Below, piece after piece: positions 20,227-29,914 of a stretch of DNA of 64,000 nt (positions are counted from its first letter, which is position 1; each line of letters opens with the position of its first letter). Under the pieces are notes generated by a model. It did no database searches. It saw only the letters and a list, made by a program, of their open reading frames with translations, and was not told the origin of the DNA. Source of the stretch: a virus. The stretch lies in IMG/VR virus record IMGVR_UViG_3300046804_004738, positions 1 through 64,000 of that record. The stretch is one strand, 5' to 3'. A program made the translations under genes and the position numbers.

Positions 20227-20815
20227 TTTACATATACTTTGTTTTGGGAATACTTTGTTTAATACTTAGTGGAATGTGGTTTGGTTCTATTTGTACAGAT
20301 TACGTTGATAAAATTAAAATATCACTGACACAATATTTTATGTTTGTGGTTACATTTACTACTGGATTATTCCAATTACTTTCTGTATCAAAATTTATTA
20401 TGTTATAATTAACTAAGGAGTATTAATATGGATCATGAACTAATTGGTAAATCATATATTTTTGAAGATGGCAATAGTATAAAAATCACTCAAATGAAAA
20501 AAAGGGATGAAGAAAAGGTATTGGTAACTTACGAAATACAAAGTGGTCCGGGTATACCTAGACGTTTAGTGATGGAGTATCCTGAATTTATCAATACATT
20601 TGGTCATCTTTTCAATTACAATGACGAAAATAATTAATTATTTAAAATTTAGTTCACTTATATTTTCAATTCAATTTAATCCATTGCAGTGGCGATGGAT
20701 TCCGTATTTTTTTTATGGCAAAATTAATGAATGGCCTGATGAAAATGTACATCAAATTAAATTAAGTTGGGTAATGTTTTTAATACGTGTACACATTGAT
20801 GATGGTTCTTGGTGA
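20223..20815 (+). CDS. Three small hypothetical genes (20223-20408 membrane, 20428-20637, ~20621-20815)
   Basis: ORF track. Confidence 0.5.
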
Positions 20816-20828
20816 TAAATACTAACTT

Positions 20829-22394
20829 ATGATATTTGCTTATATTATTTTATTCACCGCACTACTATTGAGTGCGGTGGCTGCTTACTATTCTATAGCA
20901 GGCTTAACTGCTATTTTTGCTGCGGCTGTAATACCAGTAATAATTATGGGTGCAACTTTAGAGTTAGGTAAAGTTGTAGCAACCGTTTGGCTTCACAATA
21001 ACTGGAAACGAATCAATTGGGTATTCAAAACATACTTAATACCTGCTATTGTATTGCTTATGTTATTAACTAGCATGGGTATTTTTGGCTTTTTAAGTAA
21101 AGCACATAGTGACCAAAGCTTAGTAAGCGGTGATGCAATGAGTAAGGTAGCAATTTTTGATGAAAAGATTGCAACAGAAAAAGAAAACATATCACAAGCC
21201 AAAAAAGCAATTGAGCAGATGAATGCTCAAGTTGATCAGATGTTAGGTCGTAGTGATACCGAACGCGGAGCAGAAAGAGCAGTAAGTATTCGCAAAAATC
21301 AAGCCAAAGAAAGAAACGAGTTACAGGCGCAAATTGCAAAATCGCAAAAAAACATTCAACAGTTGCAAGAAGAACGTGCGCCACTTGCAGCAGAATTTAG
21401 GAAAGTCGAGGCAGAAGTTGGACCTATCAAATATATTGCTGCACTATTATACGGCGACAATCCCGATCAAAATATTTTGGAGCGGGCTGTACGTTGGGTT
21501 ATTATACTTATTGTTATTGTTTTCGATCCGTTAGCATTATGCTTAATCTTAGCAGGTAATAAACAATTAGAATGGGTGAAACAAGATAAACAAGCACATT
21601 TAATACATGAAGTTGCAGAAAAACTATCACACACAGAACCAGTTCCAGTAATAATACCAGAACCTGAACCAACAAAATTTGATCCAGACAAGATTGAAGT
21701 TACTCAGGAAGAAGAGGAACAGTTTAAACAATTAGAACCAAAACAAGAACCTGAAACAGTAGGTATTGTAGAGGAAGATTATGGAAATTGTCCTAAGTGT
21801 GATACTAAATTAATCAATGCCTCAGGCATAGGTCCTTTTTGTCCGAACAAAGAATGTGATATTGTAGATGGTTGGCAAGAAGAAATGCCAAGTGATATTG
21901 TAGAATTGCAATCTGTTACTCCAGAATCGTTGCCTGGCATTGAAGAGCCAAAAAGTTTATTACCCGAAGAACCTAAAGAAATAGTTACAGAAGGAGTAAC
22001 TGAGGAAGCATTTAAAAAATCAGCAGGAGACTATGTTACTTACGAAGGTAAGAGCATGAATGTTAATGTATTGAAGGACATGCGTCCAGATATTTTTAGA
22101 ATTCGCCCAGACTCTGGTGACGAACCAGTTGTTGGATTTGGTACAGAGTTTCCGAAATATGCTGTCATGGGTGATATATTTGTTCGTGTTGATATTCTTC
22201 CGAACAGAGTTTATAAATTCGTTAAAGATAAGTGGATTGAAACAAATAAAGATATATCTGATACATATCTACATAATCCGGCTTACATCACTTACTTGAT
22301 TGATAAAATTGGATCAGGAGAAGTCGATCCAGAATTATTAACCGAAACCGAACAAGAAATGGTTGAACAATATATCCGAAAGGGCAAAGTTTAA
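20829..22394 (+). CDS. Membrane protein with N-terminal TMs, coiled coil, fourth TM and acidic tail containing a CxxC...CxxxxC zinc ribbon
   Basis: Hydrophobic segments; TLELGK; EVGPIKYIA; IVFDPLA; TAAATA at 20816-20821. Confidence 0.7.
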   Translation: MIFAYIILFTALLLSAVAAYYSIAGLTAIFAAAVIPVIIMGATLELGKVVATVWLHNNWKRINWVFKTYLIPAIVLLMLLTSMGIFGFLSKAHSDQSLVSGDAMSKVAIFDEKIATEKENISQAKKAIEQMNAQVDQMLGRSDTERGAERAVSIRKNQAKERNELQAQIAKSQKNIQQLQEERAPLAAEFRKVEAEVGPIKYIAALLYGDNPDQNILERAVRWVIILIVIVFDPLALCLILAGNKQLEWVKQDKQAHLIHEVAEKLSHTEPVPVIIPEPEPTKFDPDKIEVTQEEEEQFKQLEPKQEPETVGIVEEDYGNCPKCDTKLINASGIGPFCPNKECDIVDGWQEEMPSDIVELQSVTPESLPGIEEPKSLLPEEPKEIVTEGVTEEAFKKSAGDYVTYEGKSMNVNVLKDMRPDIFRIRPDSGDEPVVGFGTEFPKYAVMGDIFVRVDILPNRVYKFVKDKWIETNKDISDTYLHNPAYITYLIDKIGSGEVDPELLTETEQEMVEQYIRKGKV

Positions 22395-22433
22395 CCAAAA
22401 TAGCTTGTAAATAAATCCAATTTAGTATATAGT
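22394..22433 (+). promoter_or_regulatory. Sigma70-like promoter with CCAAAAT box
   Basis: ACCAAAAT-agc-TTGTAA-ataaatccaatttagta-TATAGT. Confidence 0.6.
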
Positions 22434-22466
22434 ATAACTTCTTCAATTAACTTTAAGGGTAGTATT

Positions 22467-23129
22467 ATGAAAAAGGTTGCACTGGCAGTCGCTATTGGTT
22501 TCATCGTTACGGGTTGTTCAAGTTTTGGTTCCAAAGGAATAACACCTAGCGCAGATGCTATTACTCCAGTAAAAGAACAAAAATTAAGCACTTCATTTAC
22601 TGATGAAGGTGTAAAAATTTATTACACTGCATCAGGTAAACTTGAAAAAATTGAAGTACATGGACAAGCTCCTGCTTGGAAGCGTAACGTAGAGGTACTT
22701 GCTGAGGCAGATGCGATGGATAAACTTGTAAAATTTATTCATGGTAAAAATGTTTCGTCAGAACGTAGAACCCGCATCATCAGTAGAGCAATTGACAATG
22801 CAAGTGATTTAACTAACAACAAGTTTAAAACTGTTGATGGTACACTTGAAACTGATTCTAAATCTTTAGAGGATGATATGCAACGTCCTCGCAATGGGGA
22901 AGAAATTCAAAAGGATAATACTGCTAGACGTAAAGCACAAATTATTGACGAAACTTTAGTCAACACTGTTACTGAAATTAGATCGTCAGGCTTTTTAATT
23001 GGTGTTCGTAAAGTCAGTGATGCAGTTAAAGAAGATGGTAAGCTTTATACTGCGACATATCAATGGAGTGATGCGGATGTAGCAACTGCTACGTCGGTTC
23101 GTGCAACTATGCGTAAAGCGCAAAACTAA
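22467..23129 (+). CDS. Lipoprotein (LPP20-like)
   Basis: Signal peptide with lipobox VTGC. Confidence 0.7.
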   Translation: MKKVALAVAIGFIVTGCSSFGSKGITPSADAITPVKEQKLSTSFTDEGVKIYYTASGKLEKIEVHGQAPAWKRNVEVLAEADAMDKLVKFIHGKNVSSERRTRIISRAIDNASDLTNNKFKTVDGTLETDSKSLEDDMQRPRNGEEIQKDNTARRKAQIIDETLVNTVTEIRSSGFLIGVRKVSDAVKEDGKLYTATYQWSDADVATATSVRATMRKAQN

Positions 23130-24196
23130 TGCGTAATTTATTAACTTTAACACTTTTTGTAATACTTTCAGCCTGTTCAACAACAGGCTTTTCCAAACAG
23201 ACAAGTATCGTCGGCCCTTTTAGGGTTGTTGGTAAAGGAGTCTCGCAAGAATCTGCCAAACATGATGGATTTAGAAAAGCAATTGAATACTCAATGGGTG
23301 TTGCAATTCAATCAGAAAAAATTATTCAAAACAACAATGTGAGTAAAAATTACATTTTAACTCATAGTTCAGGCTATGTGGATAACTTTGTAATTTATAA
23401 AACACTTGAATTGAACGGTAAGTATGAAATTGAAATGGATGTTTATGTAAAACCAACTTACATAGATGACTACACAATTAAATCTACAGACAAAAATTTT
23501 AGAGTAGAAGGTCATGCATTAAAAGAAAGTATTGGAACGTTTGATGATGAAAAGAAAACAGGTGATCAAATAGTAATGTCAATTCTTAAAGACTACCCTG
23601 AAAAAGCTTACAACTTTGAAGCTGAGCCAGTGACCTTTAAGGTAGATGGAGATAGAGTTTTGTATGCTGAGGTAAAATATAAATTAAAATGGAGCGATAG
23701 TTACTTAAGATCGTTATCTCAAACTTTACAAATGGTAAGTGATAGTGACTGCAAAATGTTTTGTGATAACTTGCCTTTTTATAAAATAAGCTACAAAAAA
23801 CATGATGGAGATTGGATCAATACAAATGATCACATTTATTTTAAAGATGCTACCAGACCTCAAATGGTTTACAAGTATTTGCGAGGGGCCAATTTTCCTG
23901 CAGTATACAGTAAAAGCCAGCAAAAACATGCAAATGTAAAATATGCTATTAAGGTAGATTTTCTTGATGACACAAGCACGGTATTAAACACAACGTGCTA
24001 CTATGCTCCAAGTGCATATAAGCAAGACTACTATGGTGGAGAACAGTTTTACATCAATAATCATCTTCTTGTAGAAGAAACCTTTAAAATTATATTAAAG
24101 AGAAATAATTGGTATTCAGATCAATATAAAAATATTGATAAATTCCAAACTATCAATGTCAATGTGGTTCGCCCAGACAGGTGTCAAGACTTGTAA
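23129..24196 (+). CDS. Lipoprotein
   Basis: Lipobox LSAC; G-x-G...A...AIE...G-V-x-I-x-S motif. Confidence 0.65.
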   Translation: MRNLLTLTLFVILSACSTTGFSKQTSIVGPFRVVGKGVSQESAKHDGFRKAIEYSMGVAIQSEKIIQNNNVSKNYILTHSSGYVDNFVIYKTLELNGKYEIEMDVYVKPTYIDDYTIKSTDKNFRVEGHALKESIGTFDDEKKTGDQIVMSILKDYPEKAYNFEAEPVTFKVDGDRVLYAEVKYKLKWSDSYLRSLSQTLQMVSDSDCKMFCDNLPFYKISYKKHDGDWINTNDHIYFKDATRPQMVYKYLRGANFPAVYSKSQQKHANVKYAIKVDFLDDTSTVLNTTCYYAPSAYKQDYYGGEQFYINNHLLVEETFKIILKRNNWYSDQYKNIDKFQTINVNVVRPDRCQDL

Positions 24197-24232
24197 TTTT
24201 CTTTTATACTATATACTTGATAAGTAATATAT

Positions 24233-25429
24233 ATGGAAGAAGAAAATAAGCTAAGTCATTGTAGTTTTTGTGGAACAAATAAAGAATTTGTCAAAAAGCT
24301 CATAGTAGGAGACGGAATTGCAATATGTAGTGATTGTGTCGAATTATGTAACGAATTAATTGCAGACGATTCCAAAATAGAAAGTCCTGAACCATCTCCT
24401 AATTACGATCCTGAATCGATTAAAAATTACCTTGATTCTCATGTAATCGGTCAGGATGATGCAAAAATTGTTCTCAGTGTTGCTATTAGCAATCATTACA
24501 AGAGGATCACACATCCACCTAAAGATTTAGAAATTCAAAAAGGAAACGTATTAATAATAGGGCCAACCGGGTCAGGCAAAACACTATTGGCAAAAACGGT
24601 AGCCAAATACCTTAAGGTTCCTTTTATTGTAGCAGATGCAACTAGTCTAACTGAAGCAGGTTATGTCGGCGATGACGTAGAGAGTATGATAAACATGCTG
24701 CTTAATGCCGCCGGTGGTGATATAAAGCAAGCAGAGCGAGGTATAATTTTTATCGATGAAATTGATAAGATAGCACGTAAGGGCGAAAGCACTAGTATAA
24801 CACGTGATGTATCGGGTGAGGGTGTACAGCAGGCACTATTAAAGTTAGTTGAAGGTACAGTTTGCAGAGTGTCCGGACAGGGCGGAAGAAAACATCCTGG
24901 TTCTGAAATGTTAGAAATCAATACAAAAAATATATTGTTTATTGCCGGTGGGGCCTTTGTTGGGTTAAAGGACGTAATTACAAATAGAATAAGTGGGACC
25001 AGTATAGGATTCAGTGCCAACATTAAAGATAATAAAGTTGAGGGAGAACTTAGTCAAGTAACACCCGATGACTTAACTAAGTTCGGCATGATACCTGAAT
25101 TTATTGGCAGATTTACTACGACTGTAAGTATTTCAGAATTATCCAAAGACCAACTTGTTCAGGTATTAACGGATGTAAAAAACAATTACATATCACAATA
25201 CAAATATCTATTAGGGTTAGACGATGTTGAACTGAGTTTTTCTGAGGATGCGCTTGAACAAATAGCTGAGAATACCCTGACCCTAAAAACAGGAGCTAGG
25301 GGACTACACACTGAGATTGAACGAGTCCTGATGCCGCATATGTATCATATAGGCAAGTACAAAGAAAAGAAGATTAAAACACTAAATATTAATAGGGACA
25401 ACGTTTTGAGTCCCAAATCAATTTTATGA
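24233..25429 (+). CDS. clpX: ATP-dependent Clp protease ATP-binding subunit ClpX
   Basis: CSFC...CSDC zinc finger, GPTGSGKT, AGYVG, FIDEIDK, RKHP, IGF loop, TGARGL. Confidence 0.97.
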   Translation: MEEENKLSHCSFCGTNKEFVKKLIVGDGIAICSDCVELCNELIADDSKIESPEPSPNYDPESIKNYLDSHVIGQDDAKIVLSVAISNHYKRITHPPKDLEIQKGNVLIIGPTGSGKTLLAKTVAKYLKVPFIVADATSLTEAGYVGDDVESMINMLLNAAGGDIKQAERGIIFIDEIDKIARKGESTSITRDVSGEGVQQALLKLVEGTVCRVSGQGGRKHPGSEMLEINTKNILFIAGGAFVGLKDVITNRISGTSIGFSANIKDNKVEGELSQVTPDDLTKFGMIPEFIGRFTTTVSISELSKDQLVQVLTDVKNNYISQYKYLLGLDDVELSFSEDALEQIAENTLTLKTGARGLHTEIERVLMPHMYHIGKYKEKKIKTLNINRDNVLSPKSIL

Positions 25430-25641
25430 CAGGAAAAAAGGTAATAGTACACGACGGTAACGTTGAAAAGGCGTTGCGTAAATTTAAGAAAAAAGTGCAG
25501 GATTCTGGTATCCTGCAGGAAGTGCGCCAACGTCAGGAGTACGTTAAACCTACAATTAAACGTAAGATTGCTAAAAATTTAGCGAAAAAACGTTGGAAAA
25601 AATTTCTGTCAGATCAACAATTGCCCAAAAAATTATTCTAA
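25426..25641 (+). CDS. rpsU: Ribosomal protein bS21
   Basis: VEKALRKFKKKV...GILQEVR-x-RQEYVKPT-x-KR. Confidence 0.92.
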   Translation: MTGKKVIVHDGNVEKALRKFKKKVQDSGILQEVRQRQEYVKPTIKRKIAKNLAKKRWKKFLSDQQLPKKLF

Positions 25642-25678
25642 CCTAAATAATTTACTTTTTTTCGAAAAATATATATAA

Positions 25679-25750
25679 TAAATACTTATGTAGATGCCGC
25701 TTACGGGTCTACACTAAAGTCATACTTGCTTACTTGAAAGGAGATATAAA
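25679..25750 (+). promoter_or_regulatory. Late promoter plus ROSE-like RNA thermometer 5'UTR of hsp20
   Basis: TAAATA at 25679; hairpin tgtagatgccg-ctta-cgggtctaca; CUUGCUU (25725-31) pairs with AAGGAG with a bulged G. Confidence 0.7.
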
Positions 25751-26197
25751 ATGACTAACTCAACATTAACCCTTCGTGCCTACGATTTTCCATCTATCAA
25801 TAAACTAGGAATAGGTTTTGATACAATGTTGGAAGATTTAATACGTCTAACGTCGGCACAACAAACAAATTATCCTCCATATAATCTTATAAAAACAGCA
25901 GAAAATCAATTTAGCATTGAAATTGCTGTAGCGGGGTTTAAAGAAGGAGAAATTGAAGTTTCTATGGAAAAAAATATGCTCACTGTTAAAGGATCCAAAA
26001 AAGATGGAATTCCTGAAAACTTTGAGTATTTACATCGTGGTATTAGTCTGCGCAATTTTGAGCGTACTTTTCCTCTAGCTGAACACATTGAAGTTAAAGG
26101 GGCTTTAGTACGTGATGGTATGCTTTTGATAGACCTTGTACGTTTAGTACCTGAAGAAGATAAACCCAAGTCTATTGCTATATCATACGTTAAGTAA
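25751..26197 (+). CDS. Small heat shock protein Hsp20 (IbpA-like)
   Basis: IGFD, NYPPYNL, IAVAGF, YLHRGI-x-x-RNF, L-x-DGML-x-I-x-L, VPEEDKPK. Confidence 0.95.
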   Translation: MTNSTLTLRAYDFPSINKLGIGFDTMLEDLIRLTSAQQTNYPPYNLIKTAENQFSIEIAVAGFKEGEIEVSMEKNMLTVKGSKKDGIPENFEYLHRGISLRNFERTFPLAEHIEVKGALVRDGMLLIDLVRLVPEEDKPKSIAISYVK

Positions 26198-26200
26198 TAT

Positions 26201-26236
26201 TATAAATACAAGTGTGCAGTATTATACTGCACACTT
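26201..26236 (+). promoter_or_regulatory. T4-type late promoter followed by perfect 12-bp hairpin
   Basis: TATAAATA 26201-08; aagtgtgcagta-tta-tactgcacactt. Confidence 0.7.
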
Positions 26237-26253
26237 TGAGTCTAAGGTAAAAA

Positions 26254-26559
26254 ATGGCTAATTCCGATACACAACTAAAAATTAAACCGAACTTTAAAAT
26301 CCCTGAACCACCAATGTTTAGGATAATATACCTAAATGATGATCATACAAGCATGGACTTTGTAATAAGTAGCCTGATCGATCATTTTCACTACAATGCT
26401 GATACTGCAGTAAATATCACTCAAAATATCCACGAAGAGGGCTCAGCAACAGTTGCAGTGTTACCATTTGAAATTGCAGAACAGAAAGGCATTGAAGTTA
26501 CAGTGGAAGCACGTAGTCAGGGATTTCCCTTGCAAATTAAAATTGAGGCAGAAGGTTAA
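26254..26559 (+). CDS. clpS: ClpS N-end-rule adaptor
   Basis: PPMFRIIYLNDDHTSMDFV, IHEEG, EIAEQK, FPL. Confidence 0.92.
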   Translation: MANSDTQLKIKPNFKIPEPPMFRIIYLNDDHTSMDFVISSLIDHFHYNADTAVNITQNIHEEGSATVAVLPFEIAEQKGIEVTVEARSQGFPLQIKIEAEG

Positions 26560-27251
26560 AGAGTAATTCTTTTAGCGTAGTAATTTAACTCTTGTCTTTT
26601 TGGATTTGAAACATAGTTGATACCATTTATATTGGTATCAACTATTTTATTATAAGTGCCAAATATCCAAGTTTTTACTTTTTTCTCTGTGTCTGGTTTC
26701 AGAGCAATCGAAGGGCTTATATCATCAATAAACCCATCCATTTCATGAAAGTATAATTGTTTGTCTGGAACACTGTTGCTTAACACAATAATGTTTTTAA
26801 CATCCCCGTGTAATTGTAATTTCTTAATAGTGTTATAAAGGTAAACTAAATCATCTCTACGCATTGTTTCTATTGCTAGGTAATCTGCTAGGGTGTATTC
26901 GTGATGATTACCATACCAACCATTAATACCAACTATTGCAACTCCGTTGAAAATAACAATATTGTTATGTAGATAAACTGTGTTGTTTATGCTGCGACAA
27001 ATTTTATGCAATTCATGAATTAATTCACTATGATGCTGTAAATTGGAATTTTCTAAAGCTCCGTCGATGTAAAAAACACCTTGATACATTGTAGACAAAT
27101 AATGTAAGGTTTTTCTCACTACATTTAAATCTGATGATATGTTTCCTGCTACTAAACAAAACAAACTTGTAACTTTATCTTCCCAAATAAACTTATCTTC
27201 TTGGGTAAGATTTAGGTCACTAATAATGTCAAAACTTAGATCCATATTCAA
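26556..27251 (-). CDS. Degenerate calcineurin-like metallophosphoesterase
   Basis: FDIISDL, LVAGNI, FYIDG, WIFG, VSNP scaffold retained but metal-ligand His residues lost. Confidence 0.6.
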   Translation of the reverse strand: MNMDLSFDIISDLNLTQEDKFIWEDKVTSLFCLVAGNISSDLNVVRKTLHYLSTMYQGVFYIDGALENSNLQHHSELIHELHKICRSINNTVYLHNNIVIFNGVAIVGINGWYGNHHEYTLADYLAIETMRRDDLVYLYNTIKKLQLHGDVKNIIVLSNSVPDKQLYFHEMDGFIDDISPSIALKPDTEKKVKTWIFGTYNKIVDTNINGINYVSNPKRQELNYYAKRITL

Positions 27252-27279
27252 AAATAAAAGGGAAAAATTCCCTTTTATT
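27249..27279 (-). terminator. Intrinsic terminator after 27278-27613
   Basis: aataaaagggaa-ttt-ttcccttttatt-ttt on the - strand. Confidence 0.6.
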
Positions 27280-27613
27280 ATTCGGCTTTTTTCTTCTTAA
27301 CTTTTTTAACTTTTTCTGTAACTTCTGCTGCCACCTTTTTAGCTTTTGTTTTGGTCTTTTTAACAACTTCCTTAACATCTTCAATGTCTACTTTTCCGTC
27401 TTTATTAACATCAAGTACATTTGATATTACAGGCTGTACCGTTACACTTTCATGACCAATACCGTCAGGAACTGTTGTTTTTGGCTCAATTTTATATGGG
27501 GCTTGAGTAGCTGCATCCAATGGGTGTGATCCATCTGATTTTGAGGCATTAAGCATTCTGTATCCAACATAAACAATTGCAGCACCTGCTACGATAACTA
27601 ATATAATTTCCAT
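27278..27613 (-). CDS. Single-TM membrane protein with EF-hand-like loop and Lys-rich tail
   Basis: N-terminal TM; DVNKDGKVDIED; KKTKTKAKK; AAGGAG RBS and TAAATA (27636-41, - strand). Confidence 0.7.
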   Translation of the reverse strand: MEIILVIVAGAAIVYVGYRMLNASKSDGSHPLDAATQAPYKIEPKTTVPDGIGHESVTVQPVISNVLDVNKDGKVDIEDVKEVVKKTKTKAKKVAAEVTEKVKKVKKKKAE

Positions 27614-27682
27614 AATTGCATCTCCTTAATATCTATATTTAGTAATCCTATGTACTAAACAATTTTAAGCTAAATACTAATT

Positions 27683-29230
27683 ATGCGTGATATACTTGAC
27701 AAATTAACCTACTTAGTTGAAAGCACTGGACTTGCAAACAGAAAGCCAGGAGACATTTTTAAAAATTCTGCAGGAGACCAAATTACTTTTACGGGCATAG
27801 CATTTACTCCGGAAGAAGGTGGTAAATTAACTCCTGAGCAATTAAATGATGCTGTTGCAATGGCTACAACAGAAGCAGGTGACATACAGTGGCAAAACAA
27901 TGCAGGTAGAGCAGGTGGATTCGCTATAGCAAGTTTTGACAGCGAAACAGGTCCACTGCATTTTGGTTTCTTTTTACAAGAAGTGAAACCTAATCCTAAA
28001 GATAACAAGATTAAAAATGTAATAGGTGATTACAAGTTTGCTGGTGCCGCAGCAGCAAAAACTCAGGCAAAAATGACACCACAGGATTTGTTAACAAACA
28101 AAACTAATCTTACAACTAAAGATATAATGTTACAATTAAGCCAAAGTTTAGGTATTGATAGTCCTTTATATTATATTGCTCATCAAGTTGCCATGAATGC
28201 ACCATTTCCAATTGAAGTAGAGGTAAGTGGTGATTTAAGTTTTACAGGATTTAGAGATTATTTTTGTGAGATACTACAACCAATTGCATTGCAAAATGGC
28301 AATTACAGAGGCAACGCCAGTGACGCAGCACAGACATTCTTTGGTGAGCCTAGTTTTGCAAACACTACAATAAGTTTTGATAGTAGTAAGAACGCAGGAT
28401 TAAGTGACAGTATGTTAGAGTTACAAGATGGAAGGTATGTAAAAATAAGTAGCAAGGGTGAAAAGGGCGCAGAGGCAAGTGTAAAAAATTTATTAGATGA
28501 AGTAGACAATGTTCAAAACCCTGAACTATTAGAAAAATATAGTGATGTGTTAGATTTAATTGATACGATGAGAACAAATGGTCAAGCTGGTGCTCCATTA
28601 GTATTAGGCATTCGCTATGGTATAATAGATGAACAAGATGCAGAATTTATAAAGGCACTAAAAAAGATTAAACCGTTGCCACTAGAATCTATAAATTACA
28701 TGACTGTGAGTGGAATGAGTCCTTCTAATAATATAATAACTTTGGCAATGGGTAGAAAAACCAAAAAACCAGAATCAACTGTTTTATATTATCATTTAAT
28801 AGCAGCAGTAGCACATAAGGTAGCAGAAAAAATAAACACAGACACTAATTTTAGTCAAGCGGCAAGTGAAATACTTAACAACGGTGCTTTAATACAAGTA
28901 TATACTAACGCAAAACAATCAGGCAACAAATGGATATTAGAAGCCTTCAAAACTGTTTACCCAAGTAAAGCAGTTACTGGTGTTGTATTGAGTGCAGGCA
29001 AGAATTATAGTAGCACAGAAATAAAAGGTAATTTTACTTTTAAGATATTACGTAATGGCGCAAAGCCAGATGCGGAACCAACAGAAACAGATCAGGCAAC
29101 TGACTCAGCGGTCGATACAGATTTGTCAAAAGATGCAGAAAAAATAACAAATCCAAAAACTTCAATTCTAACCAGAAAAAAACGTGAACCTGAAAATATT
29201 GATTTAGGCCGAGAAAAACGGAAAAATTAA
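27683..29230 (+). CDS. Late protein with propeptide-like leader; possible PD-(D/E)xK nuclease fold
   Basis: TAAATA 7 nt upstream; MRDILDKLTYLVE|S; GLSD...KISSKG motif. Confidence 0.5.
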   Translation: MRDILDKLTYLVESTGLANRKPGDIFKNSAGDQITFTGIAFTPEEGGKLTPEQLNDAVAMATTEAGDIQWQNNAGRAGGFAIASFDSETGPLHFGFFLQEVKPNPKDNKIKNVIGDYKFAGAAAAKTQAKMTPQDLLTNKTNLTTKDIMLQLSQSLGIDSPLYYIAHQVAMNAPFPIEVEVSGDLSFTGFRDYFCEILQPIALQNGNYRGNASDAAQTFFGEPSFANTTISFDSSKNAGLSDSMLELQDGRYVKISSKGEKGAEASVKNLLDEVDNVQNPELLEKYSDVLDLIDTMRTNGQAGAPLVLGIRYGIIDEQDAEFIKALKKIKPLPLESINYMTVSGMSPSNNIITLAMGRKTKKPESTVLYYHLIAAVAHKVAEKINTDTNFSQAASEILNNGALIQVYTNAKQSGNKWILEAFKTVYPSKAVTGVVLSAGKNYSSTEIKGNFTFKILRNGAKPDAEPTETDQATDSAVDTDLSKDAEKITNPKTSILTRKKREPENIDLGREKRKN

Positions 29231-29289
29231 TTCTTTATAGTTTTTATTTTGTATGTTATAATAATGTACATTTACTATAAAGGAACAAA

Positions 29290-29877
29290 ATGGCTCTCGT
29301 ACCAATCGTTATTGAACATTCAAGCAAAGGTGAGCGTAGTTATGATATCTACAGTCGCCTATTGCGTGATCGTGTAATTCTCCTAGAAGGTGAAGTACAT
29401 GACCATATGGCAAATCTTATCGTAGCACAATTATTGTTTTTGGAAAGTGAAGATGACACCAAAGACATTTCATTATACATCAATAGTCCAGGCGGTAGTG
29501 TAACTGCTGGTATGGCAATCTATGATGCAATACAATTCGTTAAACCTGACGTTTCTACAATCGTTATGGGGCAAGCTTGTAGCATGGGCAGTCTCCTTGC
29601 TAGCAGTGGTGCTAATGGCAAGCGTTTTATACTCCCAAACGCAAGACATATGATTCATCAACCTAGTGGTGGCGCACGTGGTCAAGCGACTGATATGCTA
29701 ATTCAAGTAAATGAAATACTTGAAATAAAACGTAACCTTACAAACATTTACGTTAAGCATAACAGTGCAGGTAAAACGTTTGAAGAATTCGCTACGGATA
29801 TGGAACGTGACAACTATATGAGTGCAGAACAATCAGTAGCTTATGGTCTAGCAGATAAAGTGATAACAAAAAGATAA
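29290..29877 (+). CDS. clpP: ATP-dependent Clp protease proteolytic subunit
   Basis: [23 protein letters not shown] (Ser), MIHQP (His), MERD (Asp). Confidence 0.98.
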   Translation: MALVPIVIEHSSKGERSYDIYSRLLRDRVILLEGEVHDHMANLIVAQLLFLESEDDTKDISLYINSPGGSVTAGMAIYDAIQFVKPDVSTIVMGQACSMGSLLASSGANGKRFILPNARHMIHQPSGGARGQATDMLIQVNEILEIKRNLTNIYVKHNSAGKTFEEFATDMERDNYMSAEQSVAYGLADKVITKR

Positions 29878-29879
29878 CA

Positions 29880-29908
29880 TTGACAATTAATCCAAAAACT
29901 GATAGAAT
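29880..29908 (+). promoter_or_regulatory. Sigma70-type promoter (leaderless to ATG 29915)
   Basis: TTGACA-17bp-TAGAAT. Confidence 0.7.
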
Positions 29909-29914
29909 ATGGGC

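Noticed and set aside
24233-29877. Bacterial chromosome origin suggested by clpX, clpP, rpsU, infA, sod and erpA
   Set aside because: Bacterial synteny is missing (no tig-clpP-clpX-lon, no rpsU-dnaG). The genes sit among phage-type ORFs, T4-like late promoters and tail fibres.
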